A stretch of 64,000 bases of DNA from an uncultured bacterium (GTDB taxonomy: Bacteria; Oederibacteriota; PGYV01; CAWJRG01). The notes beneath the pieces are model-generated. The model did no database searches, was not told the DNA's origin, and saw nothing but the letters and a program-made list of their open reading frames with translations. Below are positions 19,007 to 29,030 of the stretch, piece by piece; position 1 is the first letter of the stretch, and every line of letters begins with the position of its first letter. The position numbers and the translations under genes are program-made. The stretch covers positions 389,297-453,296 of the forward strand of contig CAWJRG010000010.1 of NCBI GenBank assembly GCA_963845185.1, written 5' to 3'.

Positions 19007-20179
19007 TTACGGATGGAATTTTTCGATTCTATTATTTATAGTGTCTGCAACATACACGTTTCCGCTGCTGTCTATTGCTATTCCAGTAGGCTCACTAAAC
19101 TGCCCGTTGCTTGTTCCATAACTTCCCCATTGCGTGATATACGTGCCCGTGCTGGTGAATTCCTGGATTCTATAATTGTTTACGTCCGTTACATATACGT
19201 TTCCGCTGCTGTCTATTGCTATCCACCCGGCGCCATTAAACGACCCATTGCCGCTTCCGGGAGTTGTTGCAGAACTGCCCCATTGTGATATATATGCGCC
19301 TGTGCTGGTGAATTCTTCGATTCTGTTATTATAATAATCTGCAACATATACATCTCCGCTGCTGTTTATTGCTATTCCGACAGGCTCATCAAACTGCCCG
19401 TTGGTTATTCCGGGACTGCCCCATTGTGTGATATATGCGCCCGTACTGCTGAATTCTTCGATTCTGTTGCCATTTGTGTCTGAAATATACACGTTTCCGT
19501 TGCTGTCTGTTGCTATTCCCTGGGGATGATTAAACTGCCCGTTGCCCGTTCCTAAACTACCCCATTGTGTGATATATGCGCCTGTACTGCTGAATTCTTC
19601 GATTCTGCTGTTTCCATAGTCTGCAACATACACATTCCCGCTGCTGCCTACTGCTATTCCAGCAGGACCTCTACTGCCAGCAATAGCCCCAAACTGCCCA
19701 ATGCCGTTTCCAAAACTGCCCCATTGAGTTATATATGTGCCTGCACTGTTAAATTTCTGGATCCTGTAATTTAAAGTATCTGCAACATATACATCTCCGC
19801 TGCTATCTACCGCCACTCCATAAGGATAATAAAACTGCCCGTTGCCGCTTCCCTGGCTGCTCCATGTGGTTACAAACATTACGGTCATTGTCGCTGTCTG
19901 CTGCGCTGAAGTTCCGGCTGTCTGCAGCGCAATAGCTGTTTGTGTCGCATTTGCCTGCGCCGTGGTTGTCTGCTGTGCCTGTGCCGTGGCTGTTTCCTGC
20001 GCCGATAGCCCGGCTGTCTGCAAATAAACTGCCGTGGCTGTTGCCGCCGCAGCCTGCGCTGTGGCTGTCATGTTGGGTGTGTTTGTTGCTGCAGGACGGG
20101 TAGGGGTAGGCAATTTTTTGCAATTGAATATAATTATGAATACAAATAGAATTAATGCCGGGATTAAGATTTTTTTCAT
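19007..20179 (-). CDS. Lipoprotein (MKKILIPALIL subfamily) with six NHL repeats.
   Basis: Repeats YRIQKF, SRIEEF, NRIEEF, NRIEKFHP with GNGQF. TTGACA-17-TATAAT promoter at 20326-20354 (minus). Confidence 0.75.
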   Translation of the reverse strand: MKKILIPALILFVFIIIFNCKKLPTPTRPAATNTPNMTATAQAAAATATAVYLQTAGLSAQETATAQAQQTTTAQANATQTAIALQTAGTSAQQTATMTVMFVTTWSSQGSGNGQFYYPYGVAVDSSGDVYVADTLNYRIQKFNSAGTYITQWGSFGNGIGQFGAIAGSRGPAGIAVGSSGNVYVADYGNSRIEEFSSTGAYITQWGSLGTGNGQFNHPQGIATDSNGNVYISDTNGNRIEEFSSTGAYITQWGSPGITNGQFDEPVGIAINSSGDVYVADYYNNRIEEFTSTGAYISQWGSSATTPGSGNGSFNGAGWIAIDSSGNVYVTDVNNYRIQEFTSTGTYITQWGSYGTSNGQFSEPTGIAIDSSGNVYVADTINNRIEKFHP

Positions 20180-20666
20180 TTAATGCCTCCCTTGATTTCG
20201 TTTACTTTGCCAAGCCGTCAACAGGCGCAGGTAAAGTATTACGAAATCATGTACCCGCTCAAGTCCGAGCCGCAGGTCCGGACAAGCGGTAAATTATTAA
20301 TTGGTAATTGTTATAATTATACCCCCTTAAAAACGCCCTGTCAAGCAGGGTAAATTTGCCCAATTTAAATGAAATATAATCTGCCAGCGCAAAAAAGCCC
20401 GGAGCTTTGCCCCGGGCTTGTATCTATTACACGCGCTTAAAAAGTCTTTTCGTTATCTTTCCGCCAATCCGACGAAAATCCCTGCCAAAATTTCCCAGAT
20501 AAAGTTATTTGCTGCTGCGATAAATTAATTTTATATAGTAATTTTTGTCATTAATAAACAGCGCGGAAGATGTCTTGAATATGCCCTTGACAAAGATATG
20601 AAGTTGACTATATTATTGCTATAATTTTATATGTTATAATAGAATCACCAGTAAAAAGGAGGGTTT

Positions 20667-21473
20667 ATGAAACATTTAAAATTAATTTCCCTGTCGGGTA
20701 TTCTTATTGCTTTTACAATATTTTCAGCATCAGTGAGAGCCGATGAAGACTCATATGCTTCATATGAAAATTATTCAAGTATCCTTATTAAAATGCAATG
20801 GAATATATCATCTTCTTCCGACATTTTTTCACCGGCACTATATGGAGGTGGATTTTTCTATAATAGCCCTGTCTTTAATTTCGGCGGGTATGCCGGTTAT
20901 CTTTATAATAATTCTGTATATGGATCATTCGGCACAGCCAGCGGCCTTGGCGCTGAAATAAAGGCCGGAATAAATCTGCTTAAATATTTCAATTCGCAGG
21001 CGGATTATTGTGTAATAGACGCAAATTATGAGCACAGTGATTTTTTTTCCAAAACAACAACGACTATTTGGCACCTCGAACAAGGAAAGAGCCTTTTCAC
21101 AATTTGCCCCTACGCAGGCGCTGATTATAACAACTGGACCGAATATTTCCCGGAGCAAATTCAAATCAATGCTATGGAAAATATATTATTTTTCGAGATA
21201 GAGTTGAAAAATAAATTCTTTTATAAAGATTATCCGGCTGTAAGTTTTCGCGAGGCTTATATGAATTTATGTGATTTCCGTTTTATTGCGCGCTTATTTT
21301 ATGACATTTCAAACGGGGCGTCATATACAAACAGAAACATTCCAGGAATGATGTTTACTCTTAACGACGCGATGCTTTCTTTTTCATACGCCTATTATTT
21401 TAACGGGCTCTCAAGGATATTCCTTGGCGTTGATTTTCCAATAGACATATTTACGCCGGAACCGAATTATTAA
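20667..21473 (+). CDS. Secreted protein, possibly an outer-membrane beta-barrel (signal peptide, Y/F/N-rich, C-terminal aromatic).
   Basis: MKHLKLISLSGILIAFTIFSASVRA signal. AGGAGGG RBS. One of only two plus-strand genes. Confidence 0.45.
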   Translation: MKHLKLISLSGILIAFTIFSASVRADEDSYASYENYSSILIKMQWNISSSSDIFSPALYGGGFFYNSPVFNFGGYAGYLYNNSVYGSFGTASGLGAEIKAGINLLKYFNSQADYCVIDANYEHSDFFSKTTTTIWHLEQGKSLFTICPYAGADYNNWTEYFPEQIQINAMENILFFEIELKNKFFYKDYPAVSFREAYMNLCDFRFIARLFYDISNGASYTNRNIPGMMFTLNDAMLSFSYAYYFNGLSRIFLGVDFPIDIFTPEPNY

Positions 21474-21673
21474 ATACGGCATTGCCCTTATGCCAGCGCC
21501 ATGCGCTTTGCCATAATTTTTTTTGTATGAACCAGTAATTCCCGTTAAGCATTCATTGCCAAGCAGTGAATTTTTAAAAGTCTTAGCGCAATTAAAAAAG
21601 CCCGGAGCTTGCGGCCCCGGGCTTTTATATGATATTCGTGCTTAAAACTGCTTAAAAATGCTGTTTTTTTAGG

Positions 21674-22168
21674 CTAAAACCGTGCCTCAAGCAGTGTTAA
21701 GCCTGCAATACTTTTATCGTGCTTGTTAATATCCATTGGATTTTCCGACGTTATATTGCTGCAGGTATAATTATATTTATCTATGGCATCATAGATAAAA
21801 GTTGTTTGAAGAATGCTTGACGCTACACCCAACAGGACAAGAGGCAAACAAATATAATTCGGCTGCCCTTTATGCAGTACCAGCACAAGGTCATCAACGG
21901 CAAAATAAAGCGCGGGTATGTCGAACACAAACATTGCTATCCTGGCTATCCTTGCATTCCTGAGCGAATCCATGGCCGCGGGGCAGCCTTTTATAACAGG
22001 CTCTATCTGTGGGGCAGCCCAGCCCCAGTCCCATCCCAGTTCTTTCCCGTCATATAAATACTGCACCGCCAGCCCGTTTGTTGATTCTGTAATTTTATTT
22101 GTTTCAGCCGCGCGTACTGGCGAAAACAGCATAATTATCATGATTATGAATATGTATTTATTTTTCAC
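21674..22168 (-). CDS. Small secreted hypothetical protein.
   Basis: Signal peptide MKNKYIFIIMIIMLFSPVRAAE. Confidence 0.4.
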   Translation of the reverse strand: MKNKYIFIIMIIMLFSPVRAAETNKITESTNGLAVQYLYDGKELGWDWGWAAPQIEPVIKGCPAAMDSLRNARIARIAMFVFDIPALYFAVDDLVLVLHKGQPNYICLPLVLLGVASSILQTTFIYDAIDKYNYTCSNITSENPMDINKHDKSIAGLTLLEARF

Positions 22169-22382
22169 AAATGTCCACCTTTTCTGTTCATTTTTTTAGT
22201 ACTGATGATTGTGATTTTTTCTGATTTGAAAAAGGATTATACAGTCCGACTGTTGCAAAGTCAATTTATCTTTTAAATGCGTATCACATGCCTGTAAAAC
22301 AGGGATATGATTTGTATATTATGCCGTGTATATAACCGGCGTTGAACCCCATCCTCCAACTACGTTCCTGCCTGCGTCGCAG

Positions 22383-23144
22383 TTAAACCCGAAATGAAAA
22401 TATTTTTTTCCGGGTTCGAAGCCTGCCGCTCTTGATGACTCCCGGATTTTGTTTGTCTTTTAAGGACAGCGCGTTTCCGGTCAGCAGGGCAAAAAATACC
22501 ACATCCTGGTTTTGAGGCTCATACACGGCATCATCTTTCCTTGATATTCCGTAAATGACAGCCGGCCCTGTGCCTGACGAAAACATTGAGCTGTCATTTA
22601 TGTAATCGCAGTTATCTTCGGCGCTTTTTCCTTTGGCTGGAGCAGGCACCGGACTTTTAGCGGATATGCCCACACCCCAGTCTATGGCCATTGCATGGCT
22701 GTAATTCATCGTCAGTTTCTGCTTGCTTCCTGCCGCAGTAATTTCCACTATTGTGCCTTTTTTTGCCGGTAATTTCGTTTCAAAATATGCTTTCGAGCAT
22801 GGCTTTATGCTGATTGTTTCCGTTAGGCCGTCAATGTAAATCGCAACGTCGCCGCTATAGGATTTTGACACGGCAAAAACCCCTGCAGTGTCCGCGGCAT
22901 GTATGTCCTCGGACTGCCAGTATTCGATAAAGGCAAACAGCCCGTACGGCAATTCGCCCTTATACAGCTCGTCACACAGTTTGCCCGGCTCTTCGCCCTC
23001 CTGCTGCGCCTGAGGATTGCCGCCGTAACTCTGCCCAAGCAGGTTCCCAAGTACATTGTCAAGACCCAGTTTTTTCACCACACTTCCGCGCAAGTGACCG
23101 AAAATCTTTTCCACTATCTGCTGAATTATGTCCTTTTCCGCCAT
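22383..23144 (-). CDS. Hypothetical protein.
   Basis: 253-aa ORF with no recognisable motif. Confidence 0.35.
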   Translation of the reverse strand: MAEKDIIQQIVEKIFGHLRGSVVKKLGLDNVLGNLLGQSYGGNPQAQQEGEEPGKLCDELYKGELPYGLFAFIEYWQSEDIHAADTAGVFAVSKSYSGDVAIYIDGLTETISIKPCSKAYFETKLPAKKGTIVEITAAGSKQKLTMNYSHAMAIDWGVGISAKSPVPAPAKGKSAEDNCDYINDSSMFSSGTGPAVIYGISRKDDAVYEPQNQDVVFFALLTGNALSLKDKQNPGVIKSGRLRTRKKIFSFRV

Positions 23145-23245
23145 TTTACGCCTCCGTTTCTACATAATTTTCAATGTCATTAATTCTCAATTGTCAATTA
23201 ACAGCCTTTCATTGAAAACTAATAATTCTTAATTAATAATTTCAC

Positions 23246-24037
23246 TCACTCTTCCCTTTTTTTCAGCATCATGTCGCTGTTTAATTCCTGCTTCAGCTTT
23301 TCCTCGTCGCCTTTTTCATTTGCCTTTATCTGGTTTATGAGCTCGTTTATTGACGCGAGCCTGATTTTCTCCTTTGCCGTGTCGCCCACCGGCCTCAACG
23401 AAAGGCTTATCCTGCCTTTTTCCCTGGCAAAAACCAGCAGTTCAGTCTCTTCAGGCGTGAGCGCGAGCGTCACCGCGCTGTAATTTGCTTCTTTTGACGC
23501 GCTTCCAGAAAAATCGTTGCCTGCCGCTATCACCCTCACCGCCTGCAGTATGGTGGCAGTGACCGTATAAACTTTTTTATTTTCGTTTATTTCGAAAGTA
23601 AGCACCACATCCACGTAATCGCCTGCTTTGACCATGTAGTCAACCAAGCTTTGCTCGTCCACTGCTATGCTCACGGCCCTCATGCCCGTGGGTATGGCCG
23701 TGTTTAATTTTTCCGCGCTTTCGGAAATCTTGTTCATCATTATGGGCTCTCCCTTGATGAAAGGCACCAGCGTGATTTTGTTTTTCGCCTTTTGAAAGTC
23801 AAGCACGTGCGCCGACGTGATGAAATTTTTCGGCATCTCCTTGTATTCGACATTTTCCCTTTTTATTTCAGCGTAAGCCGGGATGTAATCCGCTGCCACC
23901 AGCACCTTGACCGGCTCCATTTTCGACATGACGCTTTGTTCCATGCCTGTGATATAAAAATAACCCAGCCCAGCCGCTATCAATCCGGCTGTAACCGCTA
24001 TTAAAAAAAGCCTTCGTTCAGGTTTTTCGCTTGCCAT
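23246..24037 (-). CDS. cpaB: Flp pilus assembly protein CpaB/RcpC-like.
   Basis: N-terminal TM helix followed by a SAF/CpaB-like domain. Sits in the context of flp and tadE genes. Confidence 0.55.
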   Translation of the reverse strand: MASEKPERRLFLIAVTAGLIAAGLGYFYITGMEQSVMSKMEPVKVLVAADYIPAYAEIKRENVEYKEMPKNFITSAHVLDFQKAKNKITLVPFIKGEPIMMNKISESAEKLNTAIPTGMRAVSIAVDEQSLVDYMVKAGDYVDVVLTFEINENKKVYTVTATILQAVRVIAAGNDFSGSASKEANYSAVTLALTPEETELLVFAREKGRISLSLRPVGDTAKEKIRLASINELINQIKANEKGDEEKLKQELNSDMMLKKREE

Positions 24038-24061
24038 ATAAACCTCCTGTAAATTTTATTA

Positions 24062-25162
24062 TTACATTTTTATATTGTCTATTGCCGAAGCCGTTGACGG
24101 AATCAGGTTCACAACTTTTATAAGCAGCTGCGCCGCGGTATCTTCCGAGATATCCTCCATGCTGCCGGTCTCCTTGCATAAATCAATAAGCTTGCCGAAA
24201 GTATCTATGGTGCTGTTACCCTTGCCGAGCATTGAAATTATCTGCCTTACGCTGTCGAAATTTTCCAGGCTGTATTTGCCTTCCACCACGTCCTGCGCCG
24301 TGCTTATATCCTGGCTTGTAATGCCGTACTTTGACAGGGCTCCATTTCCTTTTTGGTCTATAAAACCCGCTATCTGGTCCTGGGCCACCTGCCCCTCGCT
24401 TGTCACAGCATCTATTTTATCCACAGCCCCGCCGATTTTCGATATGAAATCCGCGTTTGCGAGTATCATATTAAGGAATTTTTCCATTATATCGAGCATG
24501 CCGCTGCCCTGCTCGTCTCTGTTATTTTGGCCGTTGCCTGTAATATCGAGTTTGGAATTGATGTTTACCGGGTTTGGCGCGTTTCCTATGTTCAGGCTTC
24601 CGGGCATGTTCTTGTCCAGCCCCAGGCTGTTGTCGCTTAGCCCGAGTTTGGTATCGCTGCTCAGCAGGCTGTTGTTTTCTTCGGACAGCAGGTTCAGTTT
24701 GGCGGTATAACCTGAGCTTGCAGTAACCCCTGCGCCCGTATATGAAAAGTCATTGCCTGTGTTAAATTGGGTATAATTAAGCGCTGCTGCTCTCATTTCG
24801 TCTGTCATGCCTGTAAAATCCTGGTTGCTGGCCACTATTTTCCTGATTGCAGCGAAATATTGCTTTAAATCAATGTGATTAGGCGCGCCGGTTGCCTTTA
24901 AAATCTTCAAAATCATGCTTGCCACCCTTATTTTCTGGAGCCAGCCCTGGATCTGCCCTATAGGCAAAGTATTTTGTATTGCCCCGGTTATGTCCTGGCC
25001 TGCGGTTTTAATATCGCCAAAAACTCCGTTCGATACAAAAGGCGACATGACAAATTTCGCTATTATTTCGCCGTACGACATGTCTGCCGCGGCAAAACCG
25101 GCGCCGGCGGACAGGATAAGGCCGACTATAAAGGCCGCCTTCAGCCTATTATTGTGAGCCAT
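24062..25162 (-). CDS. Secreted hypothetical protein in the Tad cluster.
   Basis: Signal peptide; G/N/S-rich; 4-nt gap to cpaB-like gene. Confidence 0.4.
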   Translation of the reverse strand: MAHNNRLKAAFIVGLILSAGAGFAAADMSYGEIIAKFVMSPFVSNGVFGDIKTAGQDITGAIQNTLPIGQIQGWLQKIRVASMILKILKATGAPNHIDLKQYFAAIRKIVASNQDFTGMTDEMRAAALNYTQFNTGNDFSYTGAGVTASSGYTAKLNLLSEENNSLLSSDTKLGLSDNSLGLDKNMPGSLNIGNAPNPVNINSKLDITGNGQNNRDEQGSGMLDIMEKFLNMILANADFISKIGGAVDKIDAVTSEGQVAQDQIAGFIDQKGNGALSKYGITSQDISTAQDVVEGKYSLENFDSVRQIISMLGKGNSTIDTFGKLIDLCKETGSMEDISEDTAAQLLIKVVNLIPSTASAIDNIKM

Positions 25163-25872
25163 TGCTCCCCTCCGGAATAATAAATGTTGAAAAGGTATTG
25201 TTTTTTTGCTTTTTGTATCATGTAAGACACGCTGTCTTTTTCCTCTTTTTCGTACAAAATTTCCCAGCCCTGTTTCTTAAAAAAATCCCTGTAATAATCT
25301 TTTACCGCATTGCCTGAATAAGCCACCCTGTAAAAATTGCCGAAACCGGCGGTTTTGCCCGAAGAGAGCATTTCTATGCTTAAGATTTTTTCCGCGCCCG
25401 GAAAATGCGCAAGGCCGTCGTCAAAGCCCTTGAATTTATCCGGATTCATGCCGCCCCTGATTTTTACCTTCACCACTTCGGTTTTGCTTTTGCCGTTTAC
25501 AGCTGTTATTAAAGTCCCGTTGTTCTTTTCATCCCTGAAAAAAACATAGTCGTAATCGTAAACCGGCGTTTCCCTGCCGCTGTTTATAAAAAATTTCGCC
25601 ATGCTGTCAATGCCAGCGTTGTCTATCACAATATATTTTTTCTGCCGGGCCAGCGCAATGTAATACCCTATTATGTCGCCTGCGTCTTTGTCGCTTTCGT
25701 ACCGTGTGGCTTCCAGTTTCCTGTCATTTATTTTCATTTCTACCTGGTTTGTTTTCTTCGCGTTAAAATTATACTGCAGGGAGTCCGGTGTGCCCTCCAT
25801 TATGTCGAAAACGCCTGCGCAAGTCTGGCGGCAAAAGCATAAAAATAAAATTAAGGCGGCTATTTTCTTCAT
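25141..25872 (-). CDS. Secreted hypothetical protein in the Tad cluster.
   Basis: Signal peptide MKKIAALILFLCFC... Confidence 0.4.
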   Translation of the reverse strand: MKKIAALILFLCFCRQTCAGVFDIMEGTPDSLQYNFNAKKTNQVEMKINDRKLEATRYESDKDAGDIIGYYIALARQKKYIVIDNAGIDSMAKFFINSGRETPVYDYDYVFFRDEKNNGTLITAVNGKSKTEVVKVKIRGGMNPDKFKGFDDGLAHFPGAEKILSIEMLSSGKTAGFGNFYRVAYSGNAVKDYYRDFFKKQGWEILYEKEEKDSVSYMIQKAKKQYLFNIYYSGGEQWLTIIG

Positions 25873-26384
25873 TGTGTCCCCTCGCTGTACTGGCCCGTGT
25901 ATTCCTTGTCTAGTTTTATTGTATCAGTAACCTTAAAGGTAAAGCTTCCGCCGGTAGCTGTAAAAAGGCTTGTGCTTAAATCCAGTGCGCTTTTCCCCGT
26001 AATAACCGTGAACAGGTTAAAAAGTCCCTGCTTGTAATCAAGCTGCACATCCGTGCCGGTAAACTTTTTCAGAAGGTTCATTTGCCCCATTTGCCCGAAT
26101 CCCGCATCGCCCGACTGCTGGGTGCCCGAGTAAGTCACAGAAACCCCGTTGGCCATTCCCAGCTTTTTCCCCATCTCGTTTGCGAATGCCTGTATGTCGT
26201 TTCCCTGGTCAGCGTCCGACGCCACAAAAAGCATGGTTTCCCTCTCGAGCATCGCGAGCTGTATTTTTTTCATCAGGAGCACGGTAAACTGGAATATCGC
26301 AATAAAAAACAGGATAAGCAGCGGAAGGACTATTACCATCTCGGTCATCGCCTGCCCCTTATTGGACTTTAATATTTTTTTCAA
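25869..26384 (-). CDS. tadE: TadE-like pseudopilin.
   Basis: N-terminus MKKILKSNKGQAMTEMVIVLPLLILFFIAIFQF matches the TadE N-terminal motif. Confidence 0.6.
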   Translation of the reverse strand: MKKILKSNKGQAMTEMVIVLPLLILFFIAIFQFTVLLMKKIQLAMLERETMLFVASDADQGNDIQAFANEMGKKLGMANGVSVTYSGTQQSGDAGFGQMGQMNLLKKFTGTDVQLDYKQGLFNLFTVITGKSALDLSTSLFTATGGSFTFKVTDTIKLDKEYTGQYSEGTQ

Positions 26385-26440
26385 ACCATCCTCCTGAAAA
26401 TATTTTTGTTATATACCTGCAAACTTTTGCACGAAAATCT

Positions 26441-27475
26441 TTAGTGCAATAAAATGTCATTGCTTGCCTGGCCGGACAGGATATTTATATACTTTAAATA
26501 GTCTTTTAGTTTCGCAAGTGTCTGTAACTGCTGCATTTTTGGCAGCATAACATGCCTTATTTTAGGCGTATATCCGGCGCCGTTAATGTCCCATATTGAC
26601 ATTGACCCTCCGTCAATGGTCGTCATGGCTGTGCTCAGCAAAAAAGCAGGCTTGATTTCATTGCCCTTGTCGTCGGTTAAAAAGCCCGAGCTTAAAAGCT
26701 GTTTTACCCCGGTTTTAATTGAAACAACCTGCACTGTATGTATGCCTGTCTCTTCTATGGTAAGAGGTATTGATTTTGATTTCCGTTTTCTTTCCACTTT
26801 TCTTATTACATATCGCGGGCCGCCGTATACTTTTACGCCGTTGGTAGTACGGCATCCCGCATTGGTCTTCCAGCTTTTGCCGTTTTCAAGATGCACTTCG
26901 CTTTGATTAAAAGTATACCTTTTGCCGTCAACGTCGCTGTCAAAGTAATATGTCACTTCCTCGTTTTCCGTATCATCTATGTATCTCCGCTCAACGTTAA
27001 AAGAAGGGTTAAACCCCTGGTCGCTGAATTCTTCCGTATTGAAAAGCGGCACGTCAACAACCCCGTTTCTCATGCCGTTGCGCAAAACCAGCATTGCCGT
27101 CATCATGGCAGCCGGCTTTATTTTCCATTTTCCATAACCGCCTGTGCCGGCAAATACATCCTGGAGTTTTTGCACTATCTGCGGTATTTTTTCCGCCTCA
27201 GGCACTTCCAGAATCGTAAGTACTCCGGCCACTGCAGCTGAACACAGGAGTATCTTGTTGCTGAGGGAAAGTATGTTCAGACTCCTGGCGTACCATAACC
27301 CGGCTTCCATGGCGCCTGAGTCAGCTATATTTTGCATGTGTATTTTCTCGTAAATCAGATTGCCAGACTCTATGACCGCTATCGCGATTATAAAAAGCAC
27401 AACCAGCGCCACAAGCGCCGGCACGATAACCTGGCCCTTGTTCTTCGGCGACAATCTTATTTTAATCACGTTCAT
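26441..27475 (-). CDS. TadG-like (putative Flp pilus-assembly TadE/G-like) protein.
   Basis: N-terminal TM plus QNIADSGAMEAG motif of the Tad_N/TadG family. 344 aa. Confidence 0.5.
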   Translation of the reverse strand: MNVIKIRLSPKNKGQVIVPALVALVVLFIIAIAVIESGNLIYEKIHMQNIADSGAMEAGLWYARSLNILSLSNKILLCSAAVAGVLTILEVPEAEKIPQIVQKLQDVFAGTGGYGKWKIKPAAMMTAMLVLRNGMRNGVVDVPLFNTEEFSDQGFNPSFNVERRYIDDTENEEVTYYFDSDVDGKRYTFNQSEVHLENGKSWKTNAGCRTTNGVKVYGGPRYVIRKVERKRKSKSIPLTIEETGIHTVQVVSIKTGVKQLLSSGFLTDDKGNEIKPAFLLSTAMTTIDGGSMSIWDINGAGYTPKIRHVMLPKMQQLQTLAKLKDYLKYINILSGQASNDILLH

Positions 27476-28038
27476 AATCCCCAGAACCCGGGATGATACC
27501 TCATTACGGAACAGGCATTTATTGTGTAAACCGGAAAGCCGGATTCTGCCGCCAGGATATCTCCGGAATTTGAGGAACTTTTTTGAAATAGCCCGAAAAT
27601 TTTATTTACAAACGGCACTTTTAACGGCATGTCGTATGTTACGCTTACGGCTATAAACCTGCCTGCTGAACTCTTTATTGAATTGTCCCATCGCCAGCTT
27701 ACATTTGCGCCTTTGAATTTCCCGAGAAAAAATCCCTGCAGCGAATCAGCGCTCATTCCGGATAGAGTCGTCAGCATGCTGCCTGAAGGGTTGTTTGCCG
27801 CCGTCATCATGCCTTCCAGTATGCTGTCCGCTTTTGGCACCTGTGTGTATCTTTCAAGCGTATAAGTAGGATAGGCCACTGCCACTCTTGCGAGCATATA
27901 CGCGGAATACTGCAGCATCATTTTATTTATGAATATCATGGAAAGCTGCACTATCCCCAGCACAAGCAAAATGAAAACAGGCAGGATTAAGACAAACTCA
28001 ACCATGCTCTGGGCTTTTTTGCTTTTTATTAACTTCAA
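27472..28038 (-). CDS. tadE: TadE-like pseudopilin.
   Basis: MKLIKSKKAQSMVEFVLILPVFILLVLGIVQLS. Confidence 0.6.
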   Translation of the reverse strand: MKLIKSKKAQSMVEFVLILPVFILLVLGIVQLSMIFINKMMLQYSAYMLARVAVAYPTYTLERYTQVPKADSILEGMMTAANNPSGSMLTTLSGMSADSLQGFFLGKFKGANVSWRWDNSIKSSAGRFIAVSVTYDMPLKVPFVNKIFGLFQKSSSNSGDILAAESGFPVYTINACSVMRYHPGFWGL

Positions 28039-28111
28039 AAATTAACCTCCGGATAAAACAGCTAGGGGCAATACGCGAATTGCCCCTACTGCACTCTTTG
28101 TCCCTGGTTAT

Positions 28112-28300
28112 TTACTGCCCGGCTGTTCCGTTCTTTATTCCGTTATCTACCTGCGATCCCACCGCGTTGCCGGAGTTGCTGAAGGCGTCTTTTATTTTCC
28201 CGCCGAAGAGCTTGACTCCCGCGATAACAAGTATTGCAATCAGGGCAATTATCAAAATATACTCGGTCATTGCCTGTCCTTTCCTTTCGCTTATTTTCAT
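28112..28300 (-). CDS. flp: Flp/Fap family pilin.
   Basis: MKISERKGQAMTEYILIIALIAILVIAGV contains the G/XXXXEY Flp motif. 62 aa. Confidence 0.65.
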   Translation of the reverse strand: MKISERKGQAMTEYILIIALIAILVIAGVKLFGGKIKDAFSNSGNAVGSQVDNGIKNGTAGQ

Positions 28301-28315
28301 TTTCGCACCTCCCTT

Positions 28316-28480
28316 CTATGGTATTGGTAATGAAAATATGAAAACAAAGGTTTCAAAATACCTGGATAAAATAAAACGCCCAAACTGGATGCCCGCTATG
28401 CACATGATGCCTACAATAGCCGTCAGCAGCACGTATTCCGTGAACGCCTGTCCCCGCATACCCCGCAATAGTTTCCGCAT
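28316..28480 (-). CDS. flp: Second Flp-family pilin. Start uncertain: the ORF extends to 28603.
   Basis: MRKLLRGMRGQAFTEYVLLTAIVGIMCIAG. Confidence 0.5.
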   Translation of the reverse strand: MRKLLRGMRGQAFTEYVLLTAIVGIMCIAGIQFGRFILSRYFETFVFIFSLPIP

Positions 28481-29030
28481 TTTACCGCTCTTCAATGATT
28501 GTGATTTTTGAAATATTGTAGTTAGCGGGATTTTCGATATGCTTTTTTGCTTCAAAATGGGATTTCCAGGAATAAAGGTTGGAGAGTGCGCTTCCTTTCG
28601 CATTGTAATAAACGTTAGAAAGCGGCTTGCTTTGTGCTTGAAATACTAAAACTTTACGTTTTTCCCTCATATCTTTTCACACCTTTCGCGCCATAAAATA
28701 CCGGTTTTATTTAAAAAGTAATTTATTTGCTCCCTTTTTTATCATCTGCCCTTAATTTTAGGAAATATCCCGCGGGTTGTCAAGGATTATAATAAATAAT
28801 GCGGGGGGATTTTACCTTTTCTGCAGATTATCATTGTTATTATCCGTGTTTTCCATTGCGCCTATTTTTTCCAGCATTCGTGCCGCTTCGGTATTGCCGG
28901 CATCAATCGCAAATGCTTGTATTTTCTAAATAATGTTAACTAATATACATACCGTAATAAGTATTTTTGTCATAGTATTCTATATAAGAATAATTACTTA
29001 GAAAAGGAAAGGCTTCCCCCAGGTAGAGCG

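Noticed and set aside
3423-19288. Numerous plus-strand ORFs inside the lipoprotein genes (for example 4121..4795, 5587..6009, 8004..8630 Cys/Arg-rich, 17773..18171 Pro/Leu-rich, 18408..18692)
   Set aside because: They are antisense or alternative-frame readings of the GC-rich TQA-repeat DNA. They have no start context and biased, non-protein-like composition.
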